From an uncultured Chloroflexia bacterium (lineage in GTDB: Bacteria > Chloroflexota > Anaerolineae > CG2-30-64-16), in contig CAVZDU010000005.1 in the NCBI GenBank assembly GCA_963774265.1, forward strand, positions 32,001-96,000: 64,000 nt of DNA, read 5' to 3'. The notes below the pieces were generated by a model, which saw only the letters and a list, made by a program, of their open reading frames with translations, ran no database searches and was not told the DNA's origin. Shown one piece after another: positions 11,097 to 20,403 of this stretch. Positions within the stretch are counted from its first letter, which is position 1; the number at the start of each line of letters is the position of its first letter. The translations under genes were made by a program, and so were the position numbers.

Positions 11097-13419
11097 TTAC
11101 GGGATGGCCTGGCCTCGCCACACGCCCTGGCCGGCCGCATAGTTGCTGGTCCAGGCATAGATGTCCCCCCCGAAGGCCGTGAGCTCTGCAGCATTGTTCG
11201 CCGGGCTACCGAAACCGGTCGGCCCCACCTGCTCCCAGGCTGAACCATCGCGCGTTCGCCACACGCTTGTGCCGAGCGTGCTGTCGAGCGCGGCCACGTA
11301 CAGCCCATCGCCAGTGGCGACAGCGGCATCGGAGATGAAGCGGCCCGTGCTGCGCGCACCGAAGCTGACGGGGCTGGACAGCTGCCAGGATCCGCGGTCG
11401 CCCGTGGTGCTGCGCCAGATCCTGCGCGCCCTTGCCGGGCAGCGAAAACCCAATGTAGAGCGCGCCATCGTAGCTGTCCAGTACATCCACGCGAGCGATG
11501 TCATTTCCCAGACCGGCGTCCACGGGAGAAAACACCTTTTCCCACGCGGCGGGGTCATCGACGTTGCGCGTGCGCCAGATGGATCCTGGCTTCGTCATCG
11601 CAGTGACCGGCTGGGCCTCCACGCCGAAATAGAGCGCGCCGTCGAACTCGGCCGACGACCAGATTTTGACGTTGTTCGGGTCCCCGAAACCGTCCGCGTT
11701 TCGCTGCCGCCACTGGAGGAGGGTCGGATCCTGCGGATCGCGCGTGACCCCGTCGGTGCACCACACCTGCGCGCCGGGCGCCTGGCCTGGCCCGCCCCAA
11801 TTGCTCGTGCCCCCGCACAGCCGGCTGCGGAAGACGATCATATCCTTGAAGTTTTCGTTGCTCTGTTGCCCGAATCCCGGTTGGTTCACGCGTTCCCAGC
11901 TTCGGGGATCGCCCGTTGCGCTGCGCCACACCTGCGACCCGCGCTTATCGCCCGTCTGCATGGCGGTGGACGCGTACAGGAAGCCGTCGAACGGCTCGAT
12001 GCTGTCAATGTGGTCGTTGTCGGTGGTGGGCGGCAGCACCGCACAGTCGGTGGACCCGTCGAAGCCGTCGGAGACAACCTGTTCCCAATCCTCCTGGCTT
12101 GCCGGCGCCAGGACGCCCGCCTTGCTGCGCCAGATTCGCGCGCACGCCCTGCCCTCCATGCCCAGGTAGAGCTGATCCCTGAACACGGTCAGCTCGAAAC
12201 CCTCCTGACCGGTGTATTCGTCCACGTGTTCGCCAAACCCGGGCCTGTTGACCTGCGTCCATGCCAACGCGCACTTATCCAACGTGACCGCGTCGAACGG
12301 CTCGCGCTGGTCGTCGATGGCGGTGAGGGTGAGACTGCAACCTCGCACATCGGCTGCAACGAAGCTGTACCTGGACGCACTGAAGGCTGTCCACGCGCTG
12401 TGGCCAACGCTGTCGAGGAGTGCACCGCCGCCGCCGGTTACGATGTAGGTGACGCCCGGTTGGTCGGGGGCCGCGGGCTGCTCCTGCCACAGCGGCACGG
12501 TGCGCTCGTAGTCGCGGTCGTGGCCCGCGAAGACGACGTCCACGCCGCCCTGCTCGAACAGGGGACCCAGCGCATGGCGCACCTCGAGATCGCTTCCCTG
12601 TGCCCCGGAACTGTACGGCGGCTCGTGCAGGGTGACGAACTTCCACGGCTGCCTGCTCGCGGCCAGGTCGGCGGCCAACCACGCGTGCTGCGGTGATCCC
12701 GCGCCGAACGGCGCAGACGTATCCAACGCGACAAAATGTGCTGCGCCCCAGTCGAAGGAGTATACACGCTCGGCCAAGCCGGCCGGCCCGTTTTGGGGAA
12801 GATAGAACGCTTGCAGATAGGCGGCGGGCGGATCGACCTTCAGATCCCCGTCGCCGGCCGCCGGATAGATGGGTGCAAATGACATCAGGTCACGATACAC
12901 GGCGAAGACATCCGTGTCATGCTCCGCGGTCGTGCCGCCCCTCGTGAGGTCGCCCGTGTGAAGGACGAACGCGGGCCGCCTGGCGGCCATGCCTGTCGCG
13001 ATGGCGACCGCGGCAGTGGATGCACCCTGGCTTTCACCCGTCACCGCAAAGGTGAACGTCCCTCCCAGGGTCGCGGTGGTGAACGTCTGCGGGGGTGCTG
13101 CGGGCTGGAATCCGCGCCATGCCTGGTAAGTGACCTGTTGCTCGGGTTCAAGACCGGTCAGGGTGGCGAAGTAGTCGGTCCGGCCATTTGCCGTATGTTC
13201 TTGGGCGGCCGCGCGGCGGGTCAGCGCACCATCCAAGCCATAGCGCACCTCAGCCGCCCCGCCCACGAGCGTCGCCCAGGCTACCACCGCCGAAGTCTGC
13301 GTCACGTCCTGCACGTAGGGCGCGGTCAGAAGGAACGGATCGGTGGCGGGCGGGCCGGCCATCACGATGGGCAGATAGATGCCGAGCCAAATTGCCAGGC
13401 AGAGGCGTAAGTAGAACAT
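11097..13419 (-). CDS. Purple-acid-phosphatase-like metallophosphoesterase fused to a beta-propeller-like repeat domain (frameshift near 11430)
   Basis: PYVQDVT...VAW FN3-like N-terminus; HTGDL, YSFDWGAAHFVALDT, HEPPY, VFAGHD; C-terminal W.QV...GFG repeats continue in ORF 11097-11558. Confidence 0.75.
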
Positions 13420-13535
13420 CGTCGCGCTCGATCATACCCTTGGTTGGCCGAACGGACAAAGTCCGGTCTGCCGCGCGATCCACACGCGGGGGCTGCATCG
13501 CGACCTACACGTGGGGGCCGTGGCGCAATCCACAC

Positions 13536-13809
13536 GTAGGGGCGAGTGTGGCGCCGGCGAGAAGACCGGCATCCAGGCGTCCCACATCGGACCACATACA
13601 TCCGCTACCACAAACCTTTCTACGCCGCACTCGCCCTGGTCGGTCGCCGCGAACAGTGCATGGACGGCGTGCGCGATACGTGGTTCGATGCGGCACGCGC
13701 CGCCAACAAGGGCGAGTGCGGCGCACAGATGTTTGTCGTGGCGCATGTTTGCGATCCCATCCACCACGCGCCGTATCGTGGGTCGCGCCGGCGCCACACT
13801 CGCCCCTAC
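13536..13809. repeat. REPIN-like unit: inverted GTAG-family REP pair
   Basis: GTAGGGGCGAGTGTGGCGCCGGCG at 13536 and its reverse complement ending 13809. Confidence 0.85.
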
Positions 13810-13813
13810 GCAA

Positions 13814-14338
13814 TTACGCACCGGGGATTTGGGGGTGGTGTTCGTCGTGCGGCCAGTTGAGGGGGTTGTCGTGGATGTATTTGCGAATCGCGTCCAGATT
13901 GGCGTCGGAGCGGATGATGCGTTCGTAGTAGTTTCTCTGCCAGACCTGGCGGCCGGTCACGCCTCGGATCCGGTTTATGCGTTGGGTCGTGGTTGATTTG
14001 TATGCGCCAATGATGGCGCCCAGGGAGCCGGTCGGCGCGCCGGCGGGAGGCGTGGACGGAAGGGATGGGGCGTGAACGGGGTTGAGCCTGGCTTGGTTGA
14101 TGATCAGGATGCCGTGCAAGTGATTGGGCATCACCACCCACGCATCGAGGGACACGTGCGAGAAGCGCTTTGGTAGTCGCAGCCAGAAGGATTCCGCGAT
14201 CCCCTGCAGGATGGCATCATCAAACAGGCATTCTCGCCCCTGTGTTACGATCGTCACGAAATAGGCGCCGCTCTGCGCATAATCATATCCTGGCAGCCGG
14301 ATCGAATGACGATCGTGTTTATCAGGATCGTACCTCAT
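13814..14338 (-). mobile_element. REP-associated tyrosine transposase (RAYT, Y1 HUH family)
   Basis: RHSIRLPGYDY...AYFVTIVT, VVMPNHLHGI (HUH), WQRNYYERIIR, YIHDNP; flanked by REPs. Confidence 0.92.
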
Positions 14339-14396
14339 TTCTGGCGCTCCTCCGGCAGGACCACAGCATCACATTTGGGGGCGGCGAGAACCACGC

Positions 14397-14730
14397 GTAG
14401 GGGCGAGTGTGGCGCCGGCGAGAAGGCCAACATCCCGGAGCCCTACATCGGACCACGCACATTCTCTACCACGAACCTTTTTGCGCCGCACGCGCCCTGG
14501 TCCGGTCACCGCGAACGATGCATCGGCGGCGTGCGCGATGCCTGGTTCGATGCGACATGCGTCTCGCCCTTGTGGCGTGACGTTCGGCGTGTGCGATGCG
14601 TGGTTCCATTCGACGCGCGCCGCAACGAGAGGGCGAGTGCAGCGTACGGACGTTCGCCGTCACACATGTGCGTGATCCCATGCACGGCGCGCCGCCGACA
14701 GAATCGCGCCGGCGCCACACTCGCCCCTAC
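14397..14730. repeat. Second REPIN-like unit, homologous to 13536-13809
   Basis: Same inverted REP ends and a recognisably related spacer (CACATCGGACCAC..., GCGCGAT..TGGTTCGATGCG). Confidence 0.85.
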
Positions 14731-14770
14731 ATGATGACGCGGCGCGGACGGTGTGCGTGGATGACGGAAC

Positions 14771-14811
14771 AAAAAACGCACGGTGGCTGCCTTGATGGCA
14801 ACGCACCGTGC
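14771..14811 (-). terminator. Intrinsic terminator after the 14837-15548 gene
   Basis: GCACGGTG...CACCGTGC stem with a 6-T run on the minus strand. Confidence 0.6.
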
Positions 14812-14836
14812 ACCGGTAATCAGGAGATGTTATACG

Positions 14837-15548
14837 TCAGGCCGTGCGGCGGCGGCTGATGGCCAGGCCGGCCACGACGAGCAACGCCACGGCGCCGAGG
14901 CCGGCATATAGCGGCCAGGTGGGGACGGGATCGCCGGCGGCGAAGGTGGAGAGTGTGACAGAGTTGGCATCGTACATGCTGAGATCGGCACTGCTGAACG
15001 TCGCATTCGCTCCGCCAAATGGGCAGCCCGTCATCATGACGAACAATGTCCCGCCCGAGCTGGCAGGTTTGGCATTCAAATAGTTGATCAAGCCCGGAGC
15101 ATTAGTACTGCTATCAAATACAAGTTGGCTACCGGAAATCGACGCGGTTCCAAGAGTCCCATTTGAAGCGATCGGGGGGAAAGTTGTACCACCATTCAAG
15201 CTGGCCTTGGCCCAATTCTCACCAGAATCGGCGATTCCATACAGCGTAAACGACACCCCCGCTCCAGGATCAACTCCTGCCAGAGCGAGTGTTAATTTGG
15301 TAGGCTTTGGGGTGCCGCTGATTGACCCGTTCGACATGCTCCATTGCATGTAGACCGCCGTCTTGGGGTTGCATGCAGAAAAAGAACCTGTCGCCGTCGC
15401 GCTCAGCACGTCGGGATAGGGAGTGGAGTCACCAGAGGCTGCAGTTGCAGCCTGATCAGGGCCACCAGAATTGAGCTGAGCCAGCACGTGTCCCCGCGGA
15501 GAGAACCAAGAGACTTATGATGGCGAAAAGAAGAATTCGTTTGTACAT
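14837..15548 (-). CDS. Surface protein with C-terminal 'NSVTLSTFAA' + TM + RRR anchor (1-nt frameshift after the signal peptide)
   Basis: AAGGAG RBS; MYKRILLFAIISLLVLSAG signal then a frame change into ORF 14837-15487; ends DANSVTLSTFAAGDPVPTWPLYAGLGAVALLVVAGLAISRRRTA. Confidence 0.7.
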
Positions 15549-15589
15549 GTTCGACTCCTTATCTAGTTCGCGTTAGAAGAAGCCTGGGT

Positions 15590-16306
15590 CTAGGGCCAGG
15601 AAGTGTTGGCTTTTAAACAGACCATGTAAGGATACCCGGGCTGTACTGCAAAATCCGTTCCATGCGGGATGACGTTCGGCAGCCAGTAGTCCGTAAAATC
15701 CTGGTCGGCGGCCTGCCACTGTAGCACTTGGTCCACCACAGAGGGCCCACCCATCGCAGTAACCAGATCCGATGCGTGACTGATACCAGCGTTCCATTGG
15801 TCCAGTGGAATGATGATGTTGTTGTAGGCACAATTCGGACTCGCGCCGACCAAATTATTGTACTTTACATCTCCAACCGGAGGAACGTCGCCAACAATCG
15901 AGAATACGGATGGTGCAGTCGAATCAAGCCGGATCCAGTATACGCCTCCTACCTCAAGCGAGAAGTTAGCTCCATGAGGAATAGTATTGGGTAAGTAGTA
16001 ATCGGTGAAGTCCTGAGCAGCAGCATTCCAATGCAGGACCTGATCCACTGTCTTGGGCTGTCCAACTGGCGCCTTGTTGAGGTAATCCACCAGCGCGACA
16101 GCATTCGGAATGGAACCTGTGGCATCCAGGGGAAGGGCAACAACGTTATATCTATACGTTACATCCGGCGCGTCCGGCGCAGCCGCCGCGGACACAACCG
16201 GCGCGGCCGCCAGGGGCGCACCCGCGTTGGGCAGCGCCAACACGGCCAGTGCGCCCAGCCCAAGGAGCAGGGCGACGGCGAGGACTGTGGTCAAAACTCG
16301 TTTCAT
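15590..16306 (-). CDS. Secreted protein with an internally duplicated ~90-aa domain
   Basis: AAGGAGG RBS; signal peptide; two copies of YN...PLD...VDQVL.W.AA.QDFTDY.LPN.IPHG..F....G..Y. Confidence 0.8.
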   Translation of the reverse strand: MKRVLTTVLAVALLLGLGALAVLALPNAGAPLAAAPVVSAAAAPDAPDVTYRYNVVALPLDATGSIPNAVALVDYLNKAPVGQPKTVDQVLHWNAAAQDFTDYYLPNTIPHGANFSLEVGGVYWIRLDSTAPSVFSIVGDVPPVGDVKYNNLVGASPNCAYNNIIIPLDQWNAGISHASDLVTAMGGPSVVDQVLQWQAADQDFTDYWLPNVIPHGTDFAVQPGYPYMVCLKANTSWP

Positions 16307-16387
16307 AAGAAGTTACCTCCTTGAGCCGGTCGATCGGCCATCGCAGGGCCGCGTAAAGTTGAGATGCGCCTAGGTGAGGTATGATAG

Positions 16388-16416
16388 ATTGTACATCCCC
16401 CCGCGGTGGTTGTCAA
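16388..16416 (-). promoter_or_regulatory. Sigma70-type promoter for the 16306 gene
   Basis: Minus strand TTGACA-17 nt-TACAAT. Confidence 0.7.
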
Positions 16417-16573
16417 TTGGCATTAAGTAGCATAAGTCGGGATGACTTCGGCATTCCTCGGAAGGGAACCAGCAAGGGCTACTGCTCGTGAATGCGGCCC
16501 AGTCCATGGGAGTGGCGCCGGCCTGGCAACCAGGGAATCCATCGTCCCGAAGGGGACGGTCACAATGTGGAAT

Positions 16574-16600
16574 AGGGCTGCACAATTGAGGTGCAGCCCT
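16574..16600. terminator. Perfect 10-bp hairpin, possible terminator
   Basis: AGGGCTGCAC-7 nt-GTGCAGCCCT. Confidence 0.5.
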
Positions 16601-16721
16601 TAACCTCTACCGGAAGTTGAGATCGCCCGCGACCACGGAGGCATATACGTCCCACCTGCGGGCTCTCTTGCCACCTCGAAAGGCGAGCGGAACAACGAGA
16701 AATTTCGCAGGTGATGGCGTC

Positions 16722-16850
16722 CTACTTGTTGGCGCCCGTCAGATCAAGCGGATCCTCGATGCCAAGGCGAGTACCCGCCCGGACTTCCAGCACTGACTCG
16801 TAGACCACCGCGGGCTCCTCGTATGGCTTGCGCTCCAGTTTCTGCTCCAT
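16722..16850 (-). CDS. 42-aa RiPP-like precursor peptide with lasso-type leader (not in the ORF track)
   Basis: AGGAGG RBS; MEQKLERKPYEEPAVVYESVLEVRAGTRLGIEDPLDLTGANK*; YxxP motif; directly downstream of the PqqD gene. Confidence 0.8.
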   Translation of the reverse strand: MEQKLERKPYEEPAVVYESVLEVRAGTRLGIEDPLDLTGANK

Positions 16851-16883
16851 AAATTCCTCCTAAAACTGATTGTGACACTACAA

Positions 16884-17210
16884 CTACAAAAGCGGTTCGT
16901 CGAGGCTCAGCAGCCCTCGTCCGGCCAGGTCACGGCAGAAAGCCAGGGCATCCGCCTCTGCCTTGTCCAGGCTGACCTCGTACTCGACGGCGATCACCCG
17001 GGCCATGCCGGTCACCGTGTGTTGGCCATCGGCCAGTTCCCACAGCCTGGCGCCGACTCCGTTCAACACGACAACTTTGCCCTGCACCGGATGAACCAGG
17101 ACCGCCTCACCGTCGAGCGTGCGGCTGGCAACGCCCGATACACGGCGGGGATGGTCGCTCAACACCATGCCTCTACCCATCTCGACGGTTCGTTCCGGCG
17201 TTGATGACAT
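16884..17210 (-). CDS. PqqD-family RiPP recognition element (RRE)
   Basis: R.LDGEAVLV......VLNGVGARLWELADG..TV..MA..IA.EYEV....AEAD...F...L...GLL. Confidence 0.9.
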   Translation of the reverse strand: MSSTPERTVEMGRGMVLSDHPRRVSGVASRTLDGEAVLVHPVQGKVVVLNGVGARLWELADGQHTVTGMARVIAVEYEVSLDKAEADALAFCRDLAGRGLLSLDEPLL

Positions 17211-18042
17211 CCCAAAACGAGTCGTCTTTGCGGAAGTGCAACCGCTCTACACCTACAGTTACGACAATGTCCCGGCATCGGTCGAGCAGGCCGGGCAACA
17301 GGGCTGGCTGACTGTTGATAATCGGGCAATTGGCCGTCAGCTCTGCTGTTGCCGCCCCGGCGCTCATCGGCGAAACAAAGACGTCCGGGTCCTGAGCTAG
17401 CTTGTAAATCGCGCGAATCGAACCGTTGTCAAGTTGCCCGTCGTGGTCCCCGGTCTCCAGGTTCCAAAAGGGCGTGCCGTATGCCCACCAGCCTTGAGCC
17501 TCTCGACGTAAGAGGATCAAGTCGTCCCCTAGCGCTGTCGCTCGCCGGCTTGCTCTTGAAAGCGAAACAACGGTTGACTTGCCGCTGCCGCTCTGTCCGA
17601 TGAACAGATAGATGCCTGCGCCTGCTTTGAGGGCCGCACAGTGAACCAACAGGCCGCCGGCATGATAGGCGAACAGCGCCAACGCGACACGCAGGAAATA
17701 CTCGATTTCACGCGTCAAAGCATCGGAGCGCACGCGCAACGATGCACGTGCTTCGAATGGGGCAATCATACCACAGAAATTGCTGCCGTCAAGTAGGAAT
17801 TTGTCCCCACTCGTCCTTAAGATGGCGTCCAGGAGACTGGCGCTCGCCTCGGTGCTCGCCTCAGCGCCCGCCTCAGCGGCGATCTCAACGATCAGGTCTG
17901 CCGCCTGGCCCTCATCCGGGCTGCAAAAAGGCGCATAGCGCGGCGCGATGGCTGCGCCAAGCGCCGGCGGATGAAGTTCCAGCCTGAGGCGCCAGCCGGC
18001 CAAATTCAAATACATCGTGTGGTGGTCCATCGCATCGCGCAA
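17173..18042 (-). CDS. HPr kinase-related P-loop protein (ScmC/PadeK-like)
   Basis: GGLLVHCAAL, Walker A GQSGSGKST, LGDD, YGTPFW, C-terminal LHFRKDDSFW. Confidence 0.78.
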   Translation of the reverse strand: MRDAMDHHTMYLNLAGWRLRLELHPPALGAAIAPRYAPFCSPDEGQAADLIVEIAAEAGAEASTEASASLLDAILRTSGDKFLLDGSNFCGMIAPFEARASLRVRSDALTREIEYFLRVALALFAYHAGGLLVHCAALKAGAGIYLFIGQSGSGKSTVVSLSRASRRATALGDDLILLRREAQGWWAYGTPFWNLETGDHDGQLDNGSIRAIYKLAQDPDVFVSPMSAGAATAELTANCPIINSQPALLPGLLDRCRDIVVTVGVERLHFRKDDSFWDVINAGTNRRDG

Positions 18043-18048
18043 ACGCGT

Positions 18049-18512
18049 TCAGCCGGTATGGGCGCGCGTCTTCTGCAGCAGCCGGCCACCGCGCCACCAG
18101 ACCACGAGCACGAGCAGCGCAAGTCCCCCCAGCACCAGGCCGTGGCGCCAGTCCAGCCCGCCGGCGCGCACGCTGATGGGGCCGAATTTGTTGATCGCGC
18201 CGTTGCGCTCGACCTCCTGCAATTCGTAATAGTAAGTCACACCCGCCTGGGCCGTGCGGTCGACGTAGCTGTACTCTCCGCCGGTCATCGGATCTGCTGA
18301 CGGCGGTATCAGCGCATCATTGATCTTGGCCTCGAACGGCCCATCGGGCGAGAGGCCGCGGTAGAGGTTGAAGCCGGCCGTGTTCATCTCGGTTTCGGTC
18401 TTCCAGGTGACGCGCACCGGCGCACTGCAGCCCCCGAGCACCAGGACGAAGATCAGCACGGCCAGTAGGGTGGAGGGTGAGCGGTGGGTGGCGAATGACC
18501 TATGGACACTCA
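18049..18512 (-). CDS. Lipoprotein-like protein with WxT-E-GF Ig/FN3-like module and C-terminal TM
   Basis: VLGGC lipobox, VRVTWKTETEMNTAGFNLYRG...YSYVD......TYYYELQEVE, hydrophobic tail then WWRGG. Start uncertain. Confidence 0.72.
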
Positions 18513-20392
18513 AAGCGAAAATCCCTTTCCAGTGTGGTTTCCTCACGGCATGCACCGGCTGCCACTGAAAGAGCGCTGCCCATGGCGCCGGCCTGTTTGC
18601 GCACGAAAAGGCGGTAGGGCCTGGCCGGCACGCCCGGCGGCAGGCGGTAATGAAGCGCCACCAGGTGCTGTTCGCCAGGTTTGAGCACGAAATCGCCCGT
18701 GAAAATGGTCGTGTCGCGCACGCCGGCCTCGGTTGCCGGGTCGTTGAGCCCTTCGATCGAAATCAACTCGCTGCCGCCCGGCGCGTAGATGCGCACGTAA
18801 CTCCAGTAGCAGCGCCGCGCCAGGTCATCATACGTCGCACCGTAGCGCGGGCGCGGTCGCAAATCGGCTCGGAACCGATGGGGGCCGTGTGGGTGTAGGT
18901 CAGCTTCAGCGAGGCCACCAGGCGGCCGTCCTGCTCCTCGACCGTGTAGTCGATCCGCTGCTGCACGAGCAGGTTTGCCTTGTTGAAGCCAACGTTGCTG
19001 TCGACCACAAGCAGAAAGTCGCTGTCATCCGGCGGACGCACACCGCCATCCCAGCGTCGCTCGGCCAGCAGCGCGGCCAGAGCCGGGTCGTCCACCGCCA
19101 CTTGCAGATTGCGCGCCTCGAGCGCGGTGTAGAGCGCCCGTGCGAGGGCCGCCATGTCTATATCCGCGCCGCTTTGCAGCGGTCCGCCTTGCACCCGGCC
19201 CAACGCGGCCTTGACCAGCTCGCCCATGAAGTCCTTGCGCTGCTCCCACCAGGCCGTGCCGCCGCCGGTCTCCGGCCCGGTTTCACTGCCCACGGGCGCC
19301 TGCCAGGCGGCTTTCATCCACTGAATGGCGTTATCGCCCGTCACGGGTTCATTGATGCCGGGCACCTGGAGAGGTCCCACTGCGCCCACGAGCAGGCGCA
19401 CCGCCTCGAGATCCAGCGCAACCGCACCATCGGTCTGTATGCCACGATCCTGCAAGTACAGCGCGCGCGCCACGTCGGCAGCTTCGGGGAAATCGGGCGA
19501 CCAGTTGCTGTCACGCAGCAGCCAGAGATCCGCGGCCATGTACTTGGCCAGCGGCGCTGGCGGCGCGGTGTGGGGCTGCTCGAAGTTATCGACCGCATAG
19601 CTGTCTGCCAGCGTCAGGTCGGTGATTTTCCCCCGGTCGAACGTCACGTGTCCGGCGCCGCTGATGAAGCCGCCTGTGCCGCGCAGCTCATCGTTATTCT
19701 GGGCGAGCACGAGGTAGGTGCGCGGGCCATCGACGCCGAGGAGCGCGGGCGATCTCCGCAAGCTCCAGCCCATCGATCGCCAGCGGCAACAGCGCGTCGA
19801 GTTTCGTGAGCTGATCCGCCAGCTTCGGTTCGGTCAGCGGCGGCAGCGCTGCGCGGAGTTCGGCTGCGCGGGCCATGCCCGCGCGTGCAGCCTGCAGTTG
19901 AGGCTGCGCGGCCTGGAGCGCGTCGACCGCCTGCGGCAGCGCGTCCAGCCCGCCGCCACCGGCCACCATTTCGCCGATCGGCGCGAGCGCGTCCACCGCG
20001 GTGCGGCCCGCCGTCGACAGCGCCCCCGCCATATCGAGCAGCTGGGGCGCGATGACGATGTCCGGGCCAAAGCGCGGCGCCCAGCCCAGGTGCGGCGCGA
20101 GGCGGAGGAACGGGCCGGCCGCGGCTTGAGCCTCTTTGAGATGGGTGTCCAGGCTGGCGATATCGGCCTGAACGTGGGACAGCGATTCGAGGGAAGGCTG
20201 CGCCATGGCGGCCTGCAGCCGATCAAGGTCGGCCAGCGCAGCGCGCGCGTAGATGCCGGCGCGCGCCGCGCGCCAGCCCAGCCATCCCACCAGCGCGAGC
20301 GTCGTGACGATGAGCGCTACGGCCAGCCATCGCCGGAGGGTTTGCTCTCGAGTTTGTTCCCCCTGTGCTTCGATCATCGAGCCATGTGTCAT
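18500..20392 (-). CDS. DUF4012-domain membrane-anchored protein (frameshifted, three ORF pieces)
   Basis: N-terminal TM, helical stalk, GPRTYLVLAQNNDELRGTGGFI, RDSNWSPDFP, DSNVGFNKAN, YRLFVRKQAG. Confidence 0.75.
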
Positions 20393-20403
20393 TCAGCGAT
20401 GTG

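Noticed and set aside
16510-16535. TGGCGCCGGCCTGGCAAC resembles part of the HDV ribozyme
   Set aside because: No upstream P1 partner strand or nested pseudoknot could be found.
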